Positions 28,625-39,825 are shown, numbered from the stretch's first letter. The stretch is DNA of 64,000 nucleotides from an uncultured Bacteroidota bacterium (GCA_903927505.1 CAIYNF010000114.1:1152-65151), one strand, 5' to 3'. The notes: generated by a model not told the origin, from the sequence alone. Translations and numbers: made by a program.

Positions 28625-29488
28625 ATGGAATTACTTAACGGAAACGAAGTATCGAAAAAAATTAAGATTGAAATCAAGGAGAAAGTTGATTTCATAAAAG
28701 CATCAGGTAAAAAAACGCCACACTTAGCGGCTATATTAGTAGGTGGCGATGGTGCTAGCATGACCTATGTGGCTGCAAAAGAAAAAGACTGCCATGAAGT
28801 TGGTTTCGATTCAACTGTATTGCGTTTTGACGCCTCCATTACGGAAGAGGAATTGATAAATGAGGTAATTAAAATCAATGAAAATCCGGCCATTGATGGA
28901 TTGATTGTACAATTGCCGCTTCCAAAGCATATCAATGAAAAGAAAATAACAGAAACCATCAGTTATAAAAAAGATGTAGATGGATTTCACCCAATGAATG
29001 TAGGATTAATGTTTAAGGGTTTAAGAACCTTCTTACCTGCAACACCCTATGGTATTGTTAAATTACTAGAACATTATCAAATTGAAACTAGCGGCAAACA
29101 TTGTGTGATAATTGGCAGAAGTGATATTGTAGGCAAACCAATGAGCGCATTAATGCTTCAAAAGAATTGTACTGTTACGGTGGTGCATAGCAAAACTGTG
29201 GATCTTCCATCTTTTACCCGTCAGGCCGATATTGTTATTGCAGCTTTAGGCATACCAGGCTTCTTAAAAGGAGATATGATTAAAGAAGGAGCGGTAGTTG
29301 TTGATGTTGGTATTACCAGAGTAGAAGACAGCAGTACAAAAACAGGGTTCAAATTAAAAGGGGACGTTGATTTTGATTCTGTTGCACCAAAAAGCAGTTG
29401 GATTACACCTGTACCGGGAGGCGTTGGACCAATGACGCGTGTTGGTTTATTGCTAAATACGCTTGAAGCTATAGCACTTTATAAATAG
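28625..29488 (+). CDS. folD: Bifunctional methylenetetrahydrofolate dehydrogenase/cyclohydrolase
   Basis: [14 protein letters not shown].., [34 protein letters not shown]. Confidence 0.95.
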   Translation: MELLNGNEVSKKIKIEIKEKVDFIKASGKKTPHLAAILVGGDGASMTYVAAKEKDCHEVGFDSTVLRFDASITEEELINEVIKINENPAIDGLIVQLPLPKHINEKKITETISYKKDVDGFHPMNVGLMFKGLRTFLPATPYGIVKLLEHYQIETSGKHCVIIGRSDIVGKPMSALMLQKNCTVTVVHSKTVDLPSFTRQADIVIAALGIPGFLKGDMIKEGAVVVDVGITRVEDSSTKTGFKLKGDVDFDSVAPKSSWITPVPGGVGPMTRVGLLLNTLEAIALYK

Positions 29489-29495
29489 GAGATTA

Positions 29496-30365
29496 TTAAA
29501 CCCACTTATTCAACCTTGCTTCAACAGCAGGTAAATAAGGAGCGCCATAATTACATAAATTAACTAGCTCGTAATAGATCTGGCAAAAATCTAAGCGAAT
29601 TTCCCAATCACTGCTTAATGGATATGTGGCAAAATAAGCCTCATAAAATGCTTGTTCGAACCCACCCGACATTTTAGTCATGGCTATATCCATTTCTCTA
29701 TGTCCATAGTAACTCGAAGGATTACACAGAAGTGCGTTTCCCTCATGAGATGTTAGAACATGGTGGCGCCTTAAGTTTCCATGCAATAAAGATGGCGCTT
29801 CTTGCGTAAAAGCAAATTCAGCCAAATCATTAAATCGCTCAAATTTACCCTGGTGGCTCTCATTGAGCAATAATTGTTTAGAGGCGCTCTTAACGGCAGG
29901 CATTAGCCTGTTATGAATGTAAAAGCTATTCCAATTATTACTTGGTTTGTTTTTCTGCAAATAGGAACCCAAATAATTATCCTCGCCGAAACCAAAATTT
30001 ACTCGCGAACATTTATGTAAATTGGCCAATGAGGTTCCAAAATCTCCCCAGAAATTTTTTGATGGAGGTGTTTGTTCAACAAAATCAAGAAAAAAGATTT
30101 TTTTATCATTGAATTCAACTATTCCAATTGGATTTACTGCTGCAACTGTACTTGTTTTTCTAATGCTTTTAATTGCCAATTGTTCTCTTTCGAACAATTT
30201 AGGTAAGTTTCCAACAGGATGCATCTTTACAAAAAAAAGCCCTAAATCTGATAGGATTTTATAGTTTTGATTAAGCGCTCCTCCTCCAATAGGGTGAATA
30301 CCATACACCTGAGGGGTTTTCCCAAATAGCGATTCGAATGCGTTTTGAATTGGAGCCTTGTACAT
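29496..30365 (-). CDS. Fructosamine/ketosamine kinase family protein
   Basis: 289 aa. ..PSLLHGNL..N.. and ..PSSYYGHREMDIAMT.. match the aminoglycoside-phosphotransferase-like fructosamine kinase signature. Confidence 0.7.
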   Translation of the reverse strand: MYKAPIQNAFESLFGKTPQVYGIHPIGGGALNQNYKILSDLGLFFVKMHPVGNLPKLFEREQLAIKSIRKTSTVAAVNPIGIVEFNDKKIFFLDFVEQTPPSKNFWGDFGTSLANLHKCSRVNFGFGEDNYLGSYLQKNKPSNNWNSFYIHNRLMPAVKSASKQLLLNESHQGKFERFNDLAEFAFTQEAPSLLHGNLRRHHVLTSHEGNALLCNPSSYYGHREMDIAMTKMSGGFEQAFYEAYFATYPLSSDWEIRLDFCQIYYELVNLCNYGAPYLPAVEARLNKWV

Positions 30366-30443
30366 AAAAAATCAACCAAATATCAACAAAGTATTAATTG
30401 ACTGTAAAAATCCCCACTTTTACACTTTCAAGCAAATAAAGTT

Positions 30444-31811
30444 ATGGCCAGAATCTTAATAATAGACGACGAAAAAGCAATTCGCAATACACTTCGTGAA
30501 ATTCTTGAGTATGAAAGTTACCAAGTAGACGAGGCTGCTAATGGCGAGGAAGGCTTACAGAAAATAGAAAACGAAGAATACGATGCTGTTTTGTGCGATG
30601 TAAAAATGCCCAAAATGGATGGTATGACTGTATTGGCTAGGGCCAAAGAAATAGATGAAGACCTGCCATTTGTAATGATATCTGGCCATGGCAACGTTGA
30701 AATGGCTGTTGAAGCTACCAAAAAAGGCGCGTTTGATTTTATTGTTAAGCCACCCGATTTAAACAAGTTGTTAATTACTTTGCGCAATACCATAGACCGA
30801 AAGGAATTGGTAATTGAGACAAAAGTGCTTCGCAGAAAAGCCTCTAAAACACGGGATATTATTGGCGATTCGCCTGCAATTACAAATATTTTAGATACCA
30901 TTGACAAGGTAGCACCTACAGATGCAAGGGTATTGATTACAGGAGAAAATGGAACAGGAAAAGAATTAGTTGCACGATGGATTTACGAAAAAAGTTTACG
31001 CTCTAAAAACCCATTGATTGAGGTGAATTGTGCTGCTATTCCAACTGAGTTAATTGAAAGTGAATTGTTTGGGCATGAAAAAGGCGCTTTTACCTCTGCA
31101 ATTAAACAACGTATAGGAAAATTTGAGCAGGCCCATAATGGCACTATCTTTTTAGATGAGGTTGGCGATATGAGTTTATCTGCGCAAGCTAAGGTATTGC
31201 GTGCTTTGCAAGAAAATAAGATTACGAGGGTTGGAGGGGAAAAAGACATTGAAGTGGATGTTCGTGTAATTGCGGCAACCAACAAAAACCTTTTAAAAGA
31301 AATTGAAAAAGGCACTTTTAGAATGGATTTATACCACCGTTTAAGTGTAATTCTCATTCATGTTCCTTCGCTCAATGAGCGCAGAGACGACATTCCGCTT
31401 TTAGCAGAAAAATTTGTCAAAGAAATTTGTGAAGATAGTGGCTTAAGCAGAAAGAATTTTATGCCGCAGGCCTTGGAAGAATTTAAAAAATTAAATTTCA
31501 GCGGTAATATTCGCGAACTTAGAAATATTGTAGAACGATTGATAATATTGGGTCAGCCAAGAATTACCTTAGAAGATATCCAAAAATTTGCGAGCCCAAT
31601 TAATGCGCGTGATGAGGAAAAATCTATCTATGAACGCTTTAGTACTTTACAAGAATTTAAGGAATATGTAGAACGTATTTTTATTGAAGAAAAGCTTAAA
31701 AAGAATGGTTGGAATGTGGCCAAAACTGCCGCTGAAATTGACATTCAAAGAAGTCACCTTTACAATAAAATAGAAAAATACAGTTTAAAAAGAGGAGAGA
31801 GCAACGACTAA
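30444..31811 (+). CDS. Sigma-54-dependent response regulator (NtrC family enhancer-binding protein)
   Basis: 455 aa. REC domain (ILIIDDE..DVKMPKMDG), AAA+ domain with GENGTGKE, GAFTSA loop, R-finger region, and a C-terminal Fis-type HTH. Confidence 0.9.
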   Translation: MARILIIDDEKAIRNTLREILEYESYQVDEAANGEEGLQKIENEEYDAVLCDVKMPKMDGMTVLARAKEIDEDLPFVMISGHGNVEMAVEATKKGAFDFIVKPPDLNKLLITLRNTIDRKELVIETKVLRRKASKTRDIIGDSPAITNILDTIDKVAPTDARVLITGENGTGKELVARWIYEKSLRSKNPLIEVNCAAIPTELIESELFGHEKGAFTSAIKQRIGKFEQAHNGTIFLDEVGDMSLSAQAKVLRALQENKITRVGGEKDIEVDVRVIAATNKNLLKEIEKGTFRMDLYHRLSVILIHVPSLNERRDDIPLLAEKFVKEICEDSGLSRKNFMPQALEEFKKLNFSGNIRELRNIVERLIILGQPRITLEDIQKFASPINARDEEKSIYERFSTLQEFKEYVERIFIEEKLKKNGWNVAKTAAEIDIQRSHLYNKIEKYSLKRGESND

Positions 31812-32602
31812 AGCGTTTCTACTTCTTCAAATTCTATTACAACTTTCGAACCTGGTTTGAGTCCTAATAATTGTGCCCCTCTCCCTCTGTTGATGGCAAT
31901 CATCAAGTAGTTATTTTCGTTGAAAAGAAGTAAATCTTCTCCAATACCTCCATTATAAAATTGATTGCTTACCCTATCTATTGAATGCTTGCCCCAATAA
32001 AACAATTTAAAATTTCTATTGGCACAAATTTGGTCGAATAATTCCTTTGAAATATTTGTAATGGCATTTTGGTATCCATCTACATAAAGAACAGTACCCT
32101 TAATTATATTCTCAACAGATGTTGCTTGAATTCCTTGCTTGATAGTTAAAACTTGTGTTGGTTCGGCCAAACCAATTAAGCTACCTTGGCTTAAAAAATT
32201 TGCCACCAATGGCAGAAATACATTTTTCTCAGGAAATAAATCATTCAATGAAAAATGTGCCTCTAAAACTTTATTTACTTTGCTTGGCATTTCATCAAAT
32301 AAAAGAGAGAAAATACCATTATCAGCACCTAAAAAATAGTGCCCATCTGCTTCAATAAATAGAAATTGTTTGTGCAATGAAATATTTGTATCGAGGCAAA
32401 TTAGGTGAATTGTACCCTTTGGAAATTGGTGATAAACAGACCTAAGAATAAAAGCAGCCTGTGTTAAATCAAAAGCCGGAATATGGTGAGACACTTCCAC
32501 AACGCGGGTTTCGGGCAATAAGCGCATGGCCGAACCAAGCAAAGCAGCAGTATATGGACTACCAGGTCCATAATCAGAAACCAATGTTATAACAGAGTTC
32601 AA
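31808..32602 (-). CDS. SAM hydrolase / SAM-dependent halogenase family protein (DUF62)
   Basis: 264 aa. ITLVSDYGPGSPYTAALLGS.. and the two-domain length are typical of the family. Confidence 0.6.
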   Translation of the reverse strand: MNSVITLVSDYGPGSPYTAALLGSAMRLLPETRVVEVSHHIPAFDLTQAAFILRSVYHQFPKGTIHLICLDTNISLHKQFLFIEADGHYFLGADNGIFSLLFDEMPSKVNKVLEAHFSLNDLFPEKNVFLPLVANFLSQGSLIGLAEPTQVLTIKQGIQATSVENIIKGTVLYVDGYQNAITNISKELFDQICANRNFKLFYWGKHSIDRVSNQFYNGGIGEDLLLFNENNYLMIAINRGRGAQLLGLKPGSKVVIEFEEVETL

Positions 32603-32648
32603 TTTCTTTTATTATTTTCGTACAAATTAACAGCAAGATCAGCAAAAT

Positions 32649-33641
32649 TTGAATACCAAAGAAATCTTAATTGAACATCTCGACCCTTCTGAGGCTTTTG
32701 GCGTTCATAATAGCCACTTAAAAACTTTTGAAGCACATTTTCCGCAGCTGAAAATTGTAGCCAGAGGAAACCAAGTAATACTGAGTGGTAAGCAGCAAGA
32801 AATTGAACTTTTTGAAGAAAAGTTCAATCACATGATTGCCCATATACAAAGGTATGGTGGCATTTCTGCGCTTCAACTGGAAGGAATTTTTAGTGGAAGT
32901 ATGTCGCAAGAAAATAAATCAGCAGACAATGCTGAGGTAAAGGACCAGGGCGATATTATTTTGTATGGTAACCATGCAAAAGTAATTCGTGCAAAAACGC
33001 CTAACCAAAAGAAAATGGTTTCCTTAATGCACAACAATGATATTTTGTTTGCAATTGGTCCTGCGGGCACTGGTAAAACATACACGGCAGTAGCATTGGC
33101 AGTAAAAGCATTAAAGAACAAAGAAATTAAACGCATTATTTTGGCTAGACCTGCGGTGGAAGCTGGGGAGAATTTAGGTTTTTTGCCAGGTGATTTAAAA
33201 GAAAAGATAGATCCTTATTTGCGCCCACTTTATGATGCCTTAGACGATATGATTCCAGCAGATAAACTGAAATCGTATATAGAAACACGTGTTATTGAAA
33301 TTGCACCTATGGCATTTATGCGTGGAAGAACATTAGACCATGCTTATGTAATTTTAGATGAGGCACAAAATGCTACAGATTTGCAGTTAAAAATGTTTTT
33401 AACCCGAATGGGGCCGAACGCAAAGTTTATTATTACTGGCGACTTAACACAAATTGATTTACCACGTAAGGGGATGTCGGGTTTGGTGAAAGCGGTTAAA
33501 ATACTTAAAGACATTGAAGGAATAGAATTTGCCTATCTCACCTTTGAGGATGTAGTAAGGCATAAATTAGTTAAAAATATTATCAAAGCTTATGATGGCA
33601 ACAATGATAATGTAACAGACAGTAGCGATCAAGCTAATTAG
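32649..33641 (+). CDS. phoH: PhoH family ATPase
   Basis: 330 aa. Q.KMV..M..NDILFAIGPAGTGKTYTAVALAV, RIILARPAVEAGENLGFLPGD, ILDEAQN, GDLTQIDLP. Confidence 0.9.
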   Translation: MNTKEILIEHLDPSEAFGVHNSHLKTFEAHFPQLKIVARGNQVILSGKQQEIELFEEKFNHMIAHIQRYGGISALQLEGIFSGSMSQENKSADNAEVKDQGDIILYGNHAKVIRAKTPNQKKMVSLMHNNDILFAIGPAGTGKTYTAVALAVKALKNKEIKRIILARPAVEAGENLGFLPGDLKEKIDPYLRPLYDALDDMIPADKLKSYIETRVIEIAPMAFMRGRTLDHAYVILDEAQNATDLQLKMFLTRMGPNAKFIITGDLTQIDLPRKGMSGLVKAVKILKDIEGIEFAYLTFEDVVRHKLVKNIIKAYDGNNDNVTDSSDQAN

Positions 33642-33653
33642 GCAAAGCAAATA

Positions 33654-34922
33654 ATGAAACGCAGTAATCAAACCATGTTAATTCTAGGTCAGATAAGCGA
33701 AAGCGCTATATCTGCCTTCAGCGCATTGCGCAGCAATATGGTTCGAACCTTATTGTCGACACTTGGAATTACAATTGGGATCTTTTGCATTATTATGGTT
33801 TTAAGTATTGTAGATTCTTTACAAAAGAATTTGCAAGACAGTGTAGACAGTTTAGGTAAAGATGTTGCCATTATTGAAAAATGGCCTTGGGAATTTGGGC
33901 CAGATTACAAATGGTGGCAATACATGAATAGGCCAAATCCCACCACTACTGAATTAAAGAAAATAGAAGAACAAACTACCTTAGGTAAAGCTATTTCACT
34001 GAGCATAAGCCTCCCTGGCACAATAGTAAAATACAAGAATTTCAATGCCGAAAACGTTGAGGGCATGGCTGTTTCACAGGGCTTTCCTGATGTTAGGTCA
34101 TTTGAATTAGAATATGGAAGGTTCTTCACTGAGAACGAATCCAAAAATGCAGATCAAGTTGTGGTAATTGGATCGAACATGCGCGAAAATTTATTTCCAA
34201 GTATTTTTCCCTTAGACAAAGAAATACGTATTAGGGGTAAAAAATTTAGGGTAGTTGGCGTATTTAAAAAAGAAGGCGAAAGTATGATTGGCAATAGCAT
34301 GGACAATGTATTTGTGATCCCAGTAAGTACTGCCGCAAATTTTATTAGATTAAATAGTAATAATGTAAATAGTCGTATTCAGATTAAGGCAAAAGAGGGG
34401 GTAAGTGTAGACAGGCTAGAGAATGAATTAATTGGAGTAATGCGAACGGTAAGAAAATTGCGCCCAAATGAAGAACCCGATTTTGCTATTAATAAAACTA
34501 CTTTATTATCAAAACCATTGAAGAGCTTATTTGGGGTAGTAACCCTTGCAGGATGGATAATAGGACTGTTTGCCATTTTGGTTGGCGGCTTTGGCATTGC
34601 CAATATTATGTTTGTGAGTGTTAAAGAAAGAACCCAGCAAATTGGTATTCAAAAATCATTGGGAGCTAAAAACTACTTCATACTCATTGAATTTTTGGTT
34701 GAGGCAATTGTACTCTGTTTGGTTGGTGGTGTGGTTGGATTAATAAGTGTTTACTTCATCACTTTAGGTGTGAAAAGCTATTTTGATATTAATTTATTTT
34801 TGAGCACTGGTAATATTCTTACAGGCATTATTGTATCGGTAAGCATAGGAATGATTTCTGGTTTTATTCCGGCATATACAGCCTCAAAGCTAGATCCAGT
34901 AGAAGCAATTAGAGCCAAATAA
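33654..34922 (+). CDS. ABC transporter permease, MacB/FtsX type (second copy)
   Basis: 422 aa. Same architecture as 20415..21647. The C-terminus reads ..IPAYTASKLDPVEAIRAK. Confidence 0.8.
   Translation: MKRSNQTMLILGQISESAISAFSALRSNMVRTLLSTLGITIGIFCIIMVLSIVDSLQKNLQDSVDSLGKDVAIIEKWPWEFGPDYKWWQYMNRPNPTTTELKKIEEQTTLGKAISLSISLPGTIVKYKNFNAENVEGMAVSQGFPDVRSFELEYGRFFTENESKNADQVVVIGSNMRENLFPSIFPLDKEIRIRGKKFRVVGVFKKEGESMIGNSMDNVFVIPVSTAANFIRLNSNNVNSRIQIKAKEGVSVDRLENELIGVMRTVRKLRPNEEPDFAINKTTLLSKPLKSLFGVVTLAGWIIGLFAILVGGFGIANIMFVSVKERTQQIGIQKSLGAKNYFILIEFLVEAIVLCLVGGVVGLISVYFITLGVKSYFDINLFLSTGNILTGIIVSVSIGMISGFIPAYTASKLDPVEAIRAK
33740..33749. repeat. GGTTCGAACC iterated palindrome, copy 4 (inside the permease CDS; read V-R-T)
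   Basis: Exact 10-mer. Codons are atg gtt cga acc. Confidence 0.9.
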
Positions 34923-34923
34923 G

Positions 34924-35793
34924 ATGTTTGTAAGTGGATTTACAATTGTAAGAAATGCTATTAAATATGACTACCCTGTTGTAGAATCTATTCAATCTTT
35001 GCTGCCCCTTTGCGACGAAATTATTGTATTGGTTGGACAATCAAGTGATGACACCCTGCAACTCATACAAAGTATTGGTTCGGCAAAAATAAAAATACAC
35101 ACGTCGATTTGGGACGACAGTCTTAGAGAAGGTGGAAGGGTTTTGGCAGAAGAAACAGACAAAGCTAAAAAACTGATTAACCCCAAAGCTGATTGGTGTT
35201 TTTATATTCAAGCAGATGAGGTGGTAAATGATGAAGGAATTGAACTTATAAAACAGTCGATGCACCATCATTTAGAAAACAAACAAGTAGAAGGACTATT
35301 GTTTTCATACAAACATTTCTTTGGCAATTTTAATTATGTGGCAAATAGCAGGGGTTATTACCGCCATGAAATTAGAATTATTAGAAACAACCCAAGCATC
35401 CATTCATACAAGGATGCACAAGGATTTAGAATAAATGGCCATAAGTTAAAAGTTAAAAAATGTGGTGGTGAAATATTTCATTATGGTTGGGTACGCCATC
35501 CAGAAATAATGAAAGAGAAAATTAAAGACTTTCATCAATTGTGGCATACAGATGAATGGATAAAAGCACAAGAAAAATTAATCAATGATTTTGATTATTC
35601 AGATATTGATGCCTTATTGATTTTTGAAGGGAAGCACCCTAATTGTATGCAAGAAAGAATTCGTGTTAAGAATTGGGAGTTTATTCCTAATTACAACGGC
35701 CATGCCATTGGTTTTAAAAATCGCTTATTGTATTGGTTTGAAGAAAAAACTTCTTACCGACTTGGAGAATACAAAAATTATCAGTTGATTTAA
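34924..35793 (+). CDS. Putative glycosyltransferase (GT2-like)
   Basis: 289 aa. Starts FVSGFTIVRNAIKYDYPVVESI... Lies between the permease and an O-antigen-ligase-like gene. Weak assignment. Confidence 0.45.
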   Translation: MFVSGFTIVRNAIKYDYPVVESIQSLLPLCDEIIVLVGQSSDDTLQLIQSIGSAKIKIHTSIWDDSLREGGRVLAEETDKAKKLINPKADWCFYIQADEVVNDEGIELIKQSMHHHLENKQVEGLLFSYKHFFGNFNYVANSRGYYRHEIRIIRNNPSIHSYKDAQGFRINGHKLKVKKCGGEIFHYGWVRHPEIMKEKIKDFHQLWHTDEWIKAQEKLINDFDYSDIDALLIFEGKHPNCMQERIRVKNWEFIPNYNGHAIGFKNRLLYWFEEKTSYRLGEYKNYQLI

Positions 35794-35795
35794 CA

Positions 35796-37037
35796 ATGGA
35801 AAAAATCAGGTCTTACCTGTTCTTTTGGTCGTGCCTGCTATTAACAGCAGGCTTGTTGTTACTTGATATCATTAGAATCATGCCCAGTATTGGTATGATT
35901 TCAATTGTACTTATTGGCCTCAGTTATTTTTACAAACCAATATACAGCAATCACAAAGCAGACACAAAACCCTTTATGGCTTTAGCCTTTACCTTTTTAA
36001 TTTTAGTTCCCTCCTATTTTTATTCTAGTAACCTTAGTTATTTATTTGAAAAATGGCAAATAGCCCTCCCCTATTTGCTATTGCCATTGGCCTTTATAAA
36101 AATACCGCGCTTATCCGAAAGGAGAAATTTCCTCCTATATGAGTTTTACTTTTTCTGCATTTTAATTGTTTGCTTGTTAGCTTTTGGCTATTATTTATTG
36201 AACCAGGAAATTATCAATCAATTATATTTGGAAAGCAGGGTAATGCCTACTTTATTATCACATCATCCAAGTTTAAGTTTGATGATTGTTTTTGCTGTTT
36301 ATGTTTCCTATTGGTTGTTTCAAAGCAAGCGTTATTATAAATTGGCAATTGAAAGAAACCTTTTCATTGTTGGAGGGGTCTTTTTGTTCATTTTCCTTCA
36401 CGTGTTTTCGGTTAGAAGTGGTTTGTTGGCAATGTATGTTGTACTTTTTATTGAACTAACAAAACTTGCAATTCAAAAAAAGCAAGTAAAAATTGCCTTA
36501 CTGACAGGTTTACTTTTTATTGTTTTAGGAGGAATTACGCTATTGGTTTCACCCACCTTTAGTAATAAAATTGCAAATACCACCAAAGACTTGAGCAATT
36601 ACCAGAATAATGGAAGTGTAAATAATCAAAGTTTGGGAAGTAGAATTATTTCTTACAAAAACGGTTTGAGGATTGCGCAAGAAACAAATATTTTATTTGG
36701 TTGTGGCTTGGGCGACATCAATGATTTAAACAATGAAATATTTAAAAAGGATTACCCTGATGTTACAAAACCCATCATTCCACACAACCAATTTTTATTT
36801 TATCTGGCAGCAATTGGCATCTTAGGGGTTTTATTATTTGGAATAGGATTCTATTACCCACTTTTTTACAAACAGGCCTATGCTGATCCTTTGTTATTGG
36901 TTCATTATACAATTATAAGTATTGGTTTTTTATTTGAAGCGCCATTAGAAAGTCAGGTTGGTGTTGCCTATTCTCTTCTTTTTATACTTCTCCCACTGCA
37001 CCAAAAATTCGGAATAAAGCATTACAGCAATAAGTGA
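35796..37037 (+). CDS. O-antigen ligase (Wzy_C) family membrane protein
   Basis: 413 aa. About 10-12 TM helices with a larger loop containing ..SRIISYKNGLRI.. and ..PHNQFLFYLAAIG.. (the H-N-x-F motif seen in the family). Confidence 0.55.
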   Translation: MEKIRSYLFFWSCLLLTAGLLLLDIIRIMPSIGMISIVLIGLSYFYKPIYSNHKADTKPFMALAFTFLILVPSYFYSSNLSYLFEKWQIALPYLLLPLAFIKIPRLSERRNFLLYEFYFFCILIVCLLAFGYYLLNQEIINQLYLESRVMPTLLSHHPSLSLMIVFAVYVSYWLFQSKRYYKLAIERNLFIVGGVFLFIFLHVFSVRSGLLAMYVVLFIELTKLAIQKKQVKIALLTGLLFIVLGGITLLVSPTFSNKIANTTKDLSNYQNNGSVNNQSLGSRIISYKNGLRIAQETNILFGCGLGDINDLNNEIFKKDYPDVTKPIIPHNQFLFYLAAIGILGVLLFGIGFYYPLFYKQAYADPLLLVHYTIISIGFLFEAPLESQVGVAYSLLFILLPLHQKFGIKHYSNK

Positions 37038-37209
37038 TAAAGGTTATTGTTGTCATTTAAATGTAATAATTTTAGCCTTTAATGTAAAAATTCTAAAAGT
37101 TGAATAAATACTAAGCCATTCGTTTGGTTTGTTGCTTGGCAAGACTCATATTTGATTTTGTTAAATTTAAAGTGATTAAGAACAACTTAACTGAAACAAC
37201 CAAATAAGT

Positions 37210-39825
37210 ATGAAAAAAACATTACTCCATATTTTCACCCTTGCAGCAGTAGCTTTTTCGGCGAATGCGCAAATTTCAAAAGAGCAATTAAAACAAGAAT
37301 TTACGCAAAGCCTTAAAAGTGAGCAATTCTTAAATCCAGAAAAAATTGACTTTACCATCAGTTCGCAATACACCAGCGACCACAATGGTATTACGCATGT
37401 TTATGCCAATCAATTGGTAAATGGATTAGAAGTATTCAATATCAATATTGATATTCATTTGAGCAGGGAAGGTAAAATCATTGCCTATCACCATAACTTA
37501 ATTCCAAATATTTCAGCACAAACAAAGGCTGCAGGTATTGGTGCGAACCAAGCATTGCGCTTAGGATTAGCAAGCGAAGGCATGGTATCTAACACCATTG
37601 CAAATAAGGCTCCGGAGCTTTCAAATGGTTCTTTTAATTGGTTCGACCCAAGCCTTTCTTCTGAAAAATTGACAGTAAAACCAGGTTATTACGCAATTGC
37701 CAATGAAGTTAAATTGGTATGGCAGCTTGAATTTTTAAACAATGAAACCAATGATTGGTGGAACAAGAAAATTGATGCCCAAACAGGTTTGGTTTTAGCG
37801 CAAGACAATTATACCACACATTGTAATTTCAAATCAAATGAGAATCATCAAACATTAAACTCATTTGTATTTGAAGATGAAGCAACACCAATTACAATGG
37901 GTAAAAAAGCTACTACAGGTAGCTACAATGTATTTCCATTGCCATTAGAAAGTCCTGCAAGAGGACCAAGAAGTTTAATCACGGATATAGCTAGCGTAAA
38001 CGCCTCTCCATTTGGATGGCATGATACCAATGGTGTTGCTGGTCCTGAGTTTTTAATTACAAGAGGAAACAATGTTTGGGCAAAAGAAGATACTTTGGCA
38101 AATAACGGAACTAGCGGTGGCTACTCACCAAATGGTGGAGATTCATTACTATTTAATTATCCATATAGTGTGGATGCAAAACCAAGAGCAAATTTAAATG
38201 CAGCCATTGTGAACCTATTTTACTGGAATAATATTTTACATGATATTTTCTTCAATTATGGTTTTGATGAAAAGAGTGGTAATTACCAACAAAAGAACTA
38301 TACAGCAGATGGAATTGGCCGTGATGCAGTGAACGCAGATGCGCAAGACGGAAGTGGTACCAGCAATGCAAATTTCTCTGCACCTGCTGATGGATCAAGC
38401 GGTAGAATGCAAATGTACTTGTGGCCAACCTCAGGTGCATCTTCAACAAACAACACACTTGCCGTTAGCTATCCGACTTCTGTAAAAGGCATTTTTTACG
38501 GCCCACAATCGGTGGCTGGTCCAAGACTTACAACAGAAGGTTTAAAAGGCACCATAGTTTTATTAAGAGATAGCAATGCAACCACAAATAATGGTTGTGG
38601 ATTGATTGCCAATTTAAATGAATTTGCCGGCCGAATAGTATTAATTGACCGTGGTGGTACATGTGGAACTAGCTCTACAGCAAGCAAAACTAAAATTAAA
38701 GCTGCGCAAGCTGCTGGTGCCATTGCCGTAATTATTGCACACAATACAAATGGCTTTACTCCTACTGCTATTTCTGGCGCTGATGCTGCTATTACTATCC
38801 CTTCAATTATGGTTGGATTTGGAACTGGGGTTATGTTAAAATCAGCCTTAGCAAGTGATTCTGTAGTTGCCACCTTATTTGACTCCTCAGCCTTTAATAC
38901 TGCCCGTGTTTACGACAGTGATTTGGAAAATGCAATTATGGCGCATGAATATGGTCATGGTATTTCTATCCGTTTAGCTGGCGGCCCCGCTAATAGCAAT
39001 TGTTTAAACAACAGAGAACAAGGTGGCGAAGGTTGGAGTGATTTCTTTGCATTGGCTTTAACTACCAGAACATGGGAAACAAGTGCAACCGCTTCTAGGG
39101 GTGTAGGAACATTTGTAATTGATCAAGATACCAATGCATTGGGTATTCGTGATTTCCGTTACTCAAAGAGTATGACCATCAATCCAATGACTTATAACAG
39201 AATTAAAACCAATCCAGAGGTTCATTATGTAGGAAGTGTTTGGTGTACCATTTTATATGATTTGTATTGGGACATGATTGACAAATATGGTTTTGATCCA
39301 GATTGGTATAATGGAAAGGGTGGAAATAATAAATTCATGCAAATGGTTATTGATGGAATAAAACTACAACCATGCAGCCCAGGTTTTATTGACATGCGCA
39401 ATGCTATTATTTTAGCAGACTCTATAAATAATGGTGGTGCAAACAAAGATTTATTATGGAAAGGTTTTGCAAGAAGGGGATTGGGCGTTTATGCCATTCA
39501 AGGTTTAAGTACCAGTACAACTGATAATACGGAAGATTATACTTTACCTGGAACGGTAGGTTTGCCATCTGTAGATTTCAATGAAAATGTGCAATTGTAT
39601 CCTAACCCAAGTAATTCACAAATTACCATTGATGTGTTTGGTGGTGCAAGTATTAACCAAGTTGAAATATTTGATATCAATGGAAAATTGGTTCAAACAA
39701 ACCATTTGCATAACAATGGCTTACCAAGCGCAAGCATTGCTTTGCAGCAGCATCCTATTGGACTATATCTTGTAAAGATTAGCAGCAGTGCGGGAACTAG
39801 CTATAAGAAATTATTGATTAATTAA
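37210..39825 (+). CDS. Secreted M36 (fungalysin-type) metalloprotease with an inserted PA domain and a T9SS type A C-terminal sorting domain
   Basis: 871 aa. Signal peptide, FTP propeptide-like region, PA domain (..GRIVLIDRGGTCG..KAAQAAGAIAVII), zinc site AHEYGHGIS. The C-terminal ..LYPNPSNSQITIDV..GLYLVKISS..YKKLLIN is a Por secretion tail. Confidence 0.85.
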   Translation: MKKTLLHIFTLAAVAFSANAQISKEQLKQEFTQSLKSEQFLNPEKIDFTISSQYTSDHNGITHVYANQLVNGLEVFNINIDIHLSREGKIIAYHHNLIPNISAQTKAAGIGANQALRLGLASEGMVSNTIANKAPELSNGSFNWFDPSLSSEKLTVKPGYYAIANEVKLVWQLEFLNNETNDWWNKKIDAQTGLVLAQDNYTTHCNFKSNENHQTLNSFVFEDEATPITMGKKATTGSYNVFPLPLESPARGPRSLITDIASVNASPFGWHDTNGVAGPEFLITRGNNVWAKEDTLANNGTSGGYSPNGGDSLLFNYPYSVDAKPRANLNAAIVNLFYWNNILHDIFFNYGFDEKSGNYQQKNYTADGIGRDAVNADAQDGSGTSNANFSAPADGSSGRMQMYLWPTSGASSTNNTLAVSYPTSVKGIFYGPQSVAGPRLTTEGLKGTIVLLRDSNATTNNGCGLIANLNEFAGRIVLIDRGGTCGTSSTASKTKIKAAQAAGAIAVIIAHNTNGFTPTAISGADAAITIPSIMVGFGTGVMLKSALASDSVVATLFDSSAFNTARVYDSDLENAIMAHEYGHGISIRLAGGPANSNCLNNREQGGEGWSDFFALALTTRTWETSATASRGVGTFVIDQDTNALGIRDFRYSKSMTINPMTYNRIKTNPEVHYVGSVWCTILYDLYWDMIDKYGFDPDWYNGKGGNNKFMQMVIDGIKLQPCSPGFIDMRNAIILADSINNGGANKDLLWKGFARRGLGVYAIQGLSTSTTDNTEDYTLPGTVGLPSVDFNENVQLYPNPSNSQITIDVFGGASINQVEIFDINGKLVQTNHLHNNGLPSASIALQQHPIGLYLVKISSSAGTSYKKLLIN

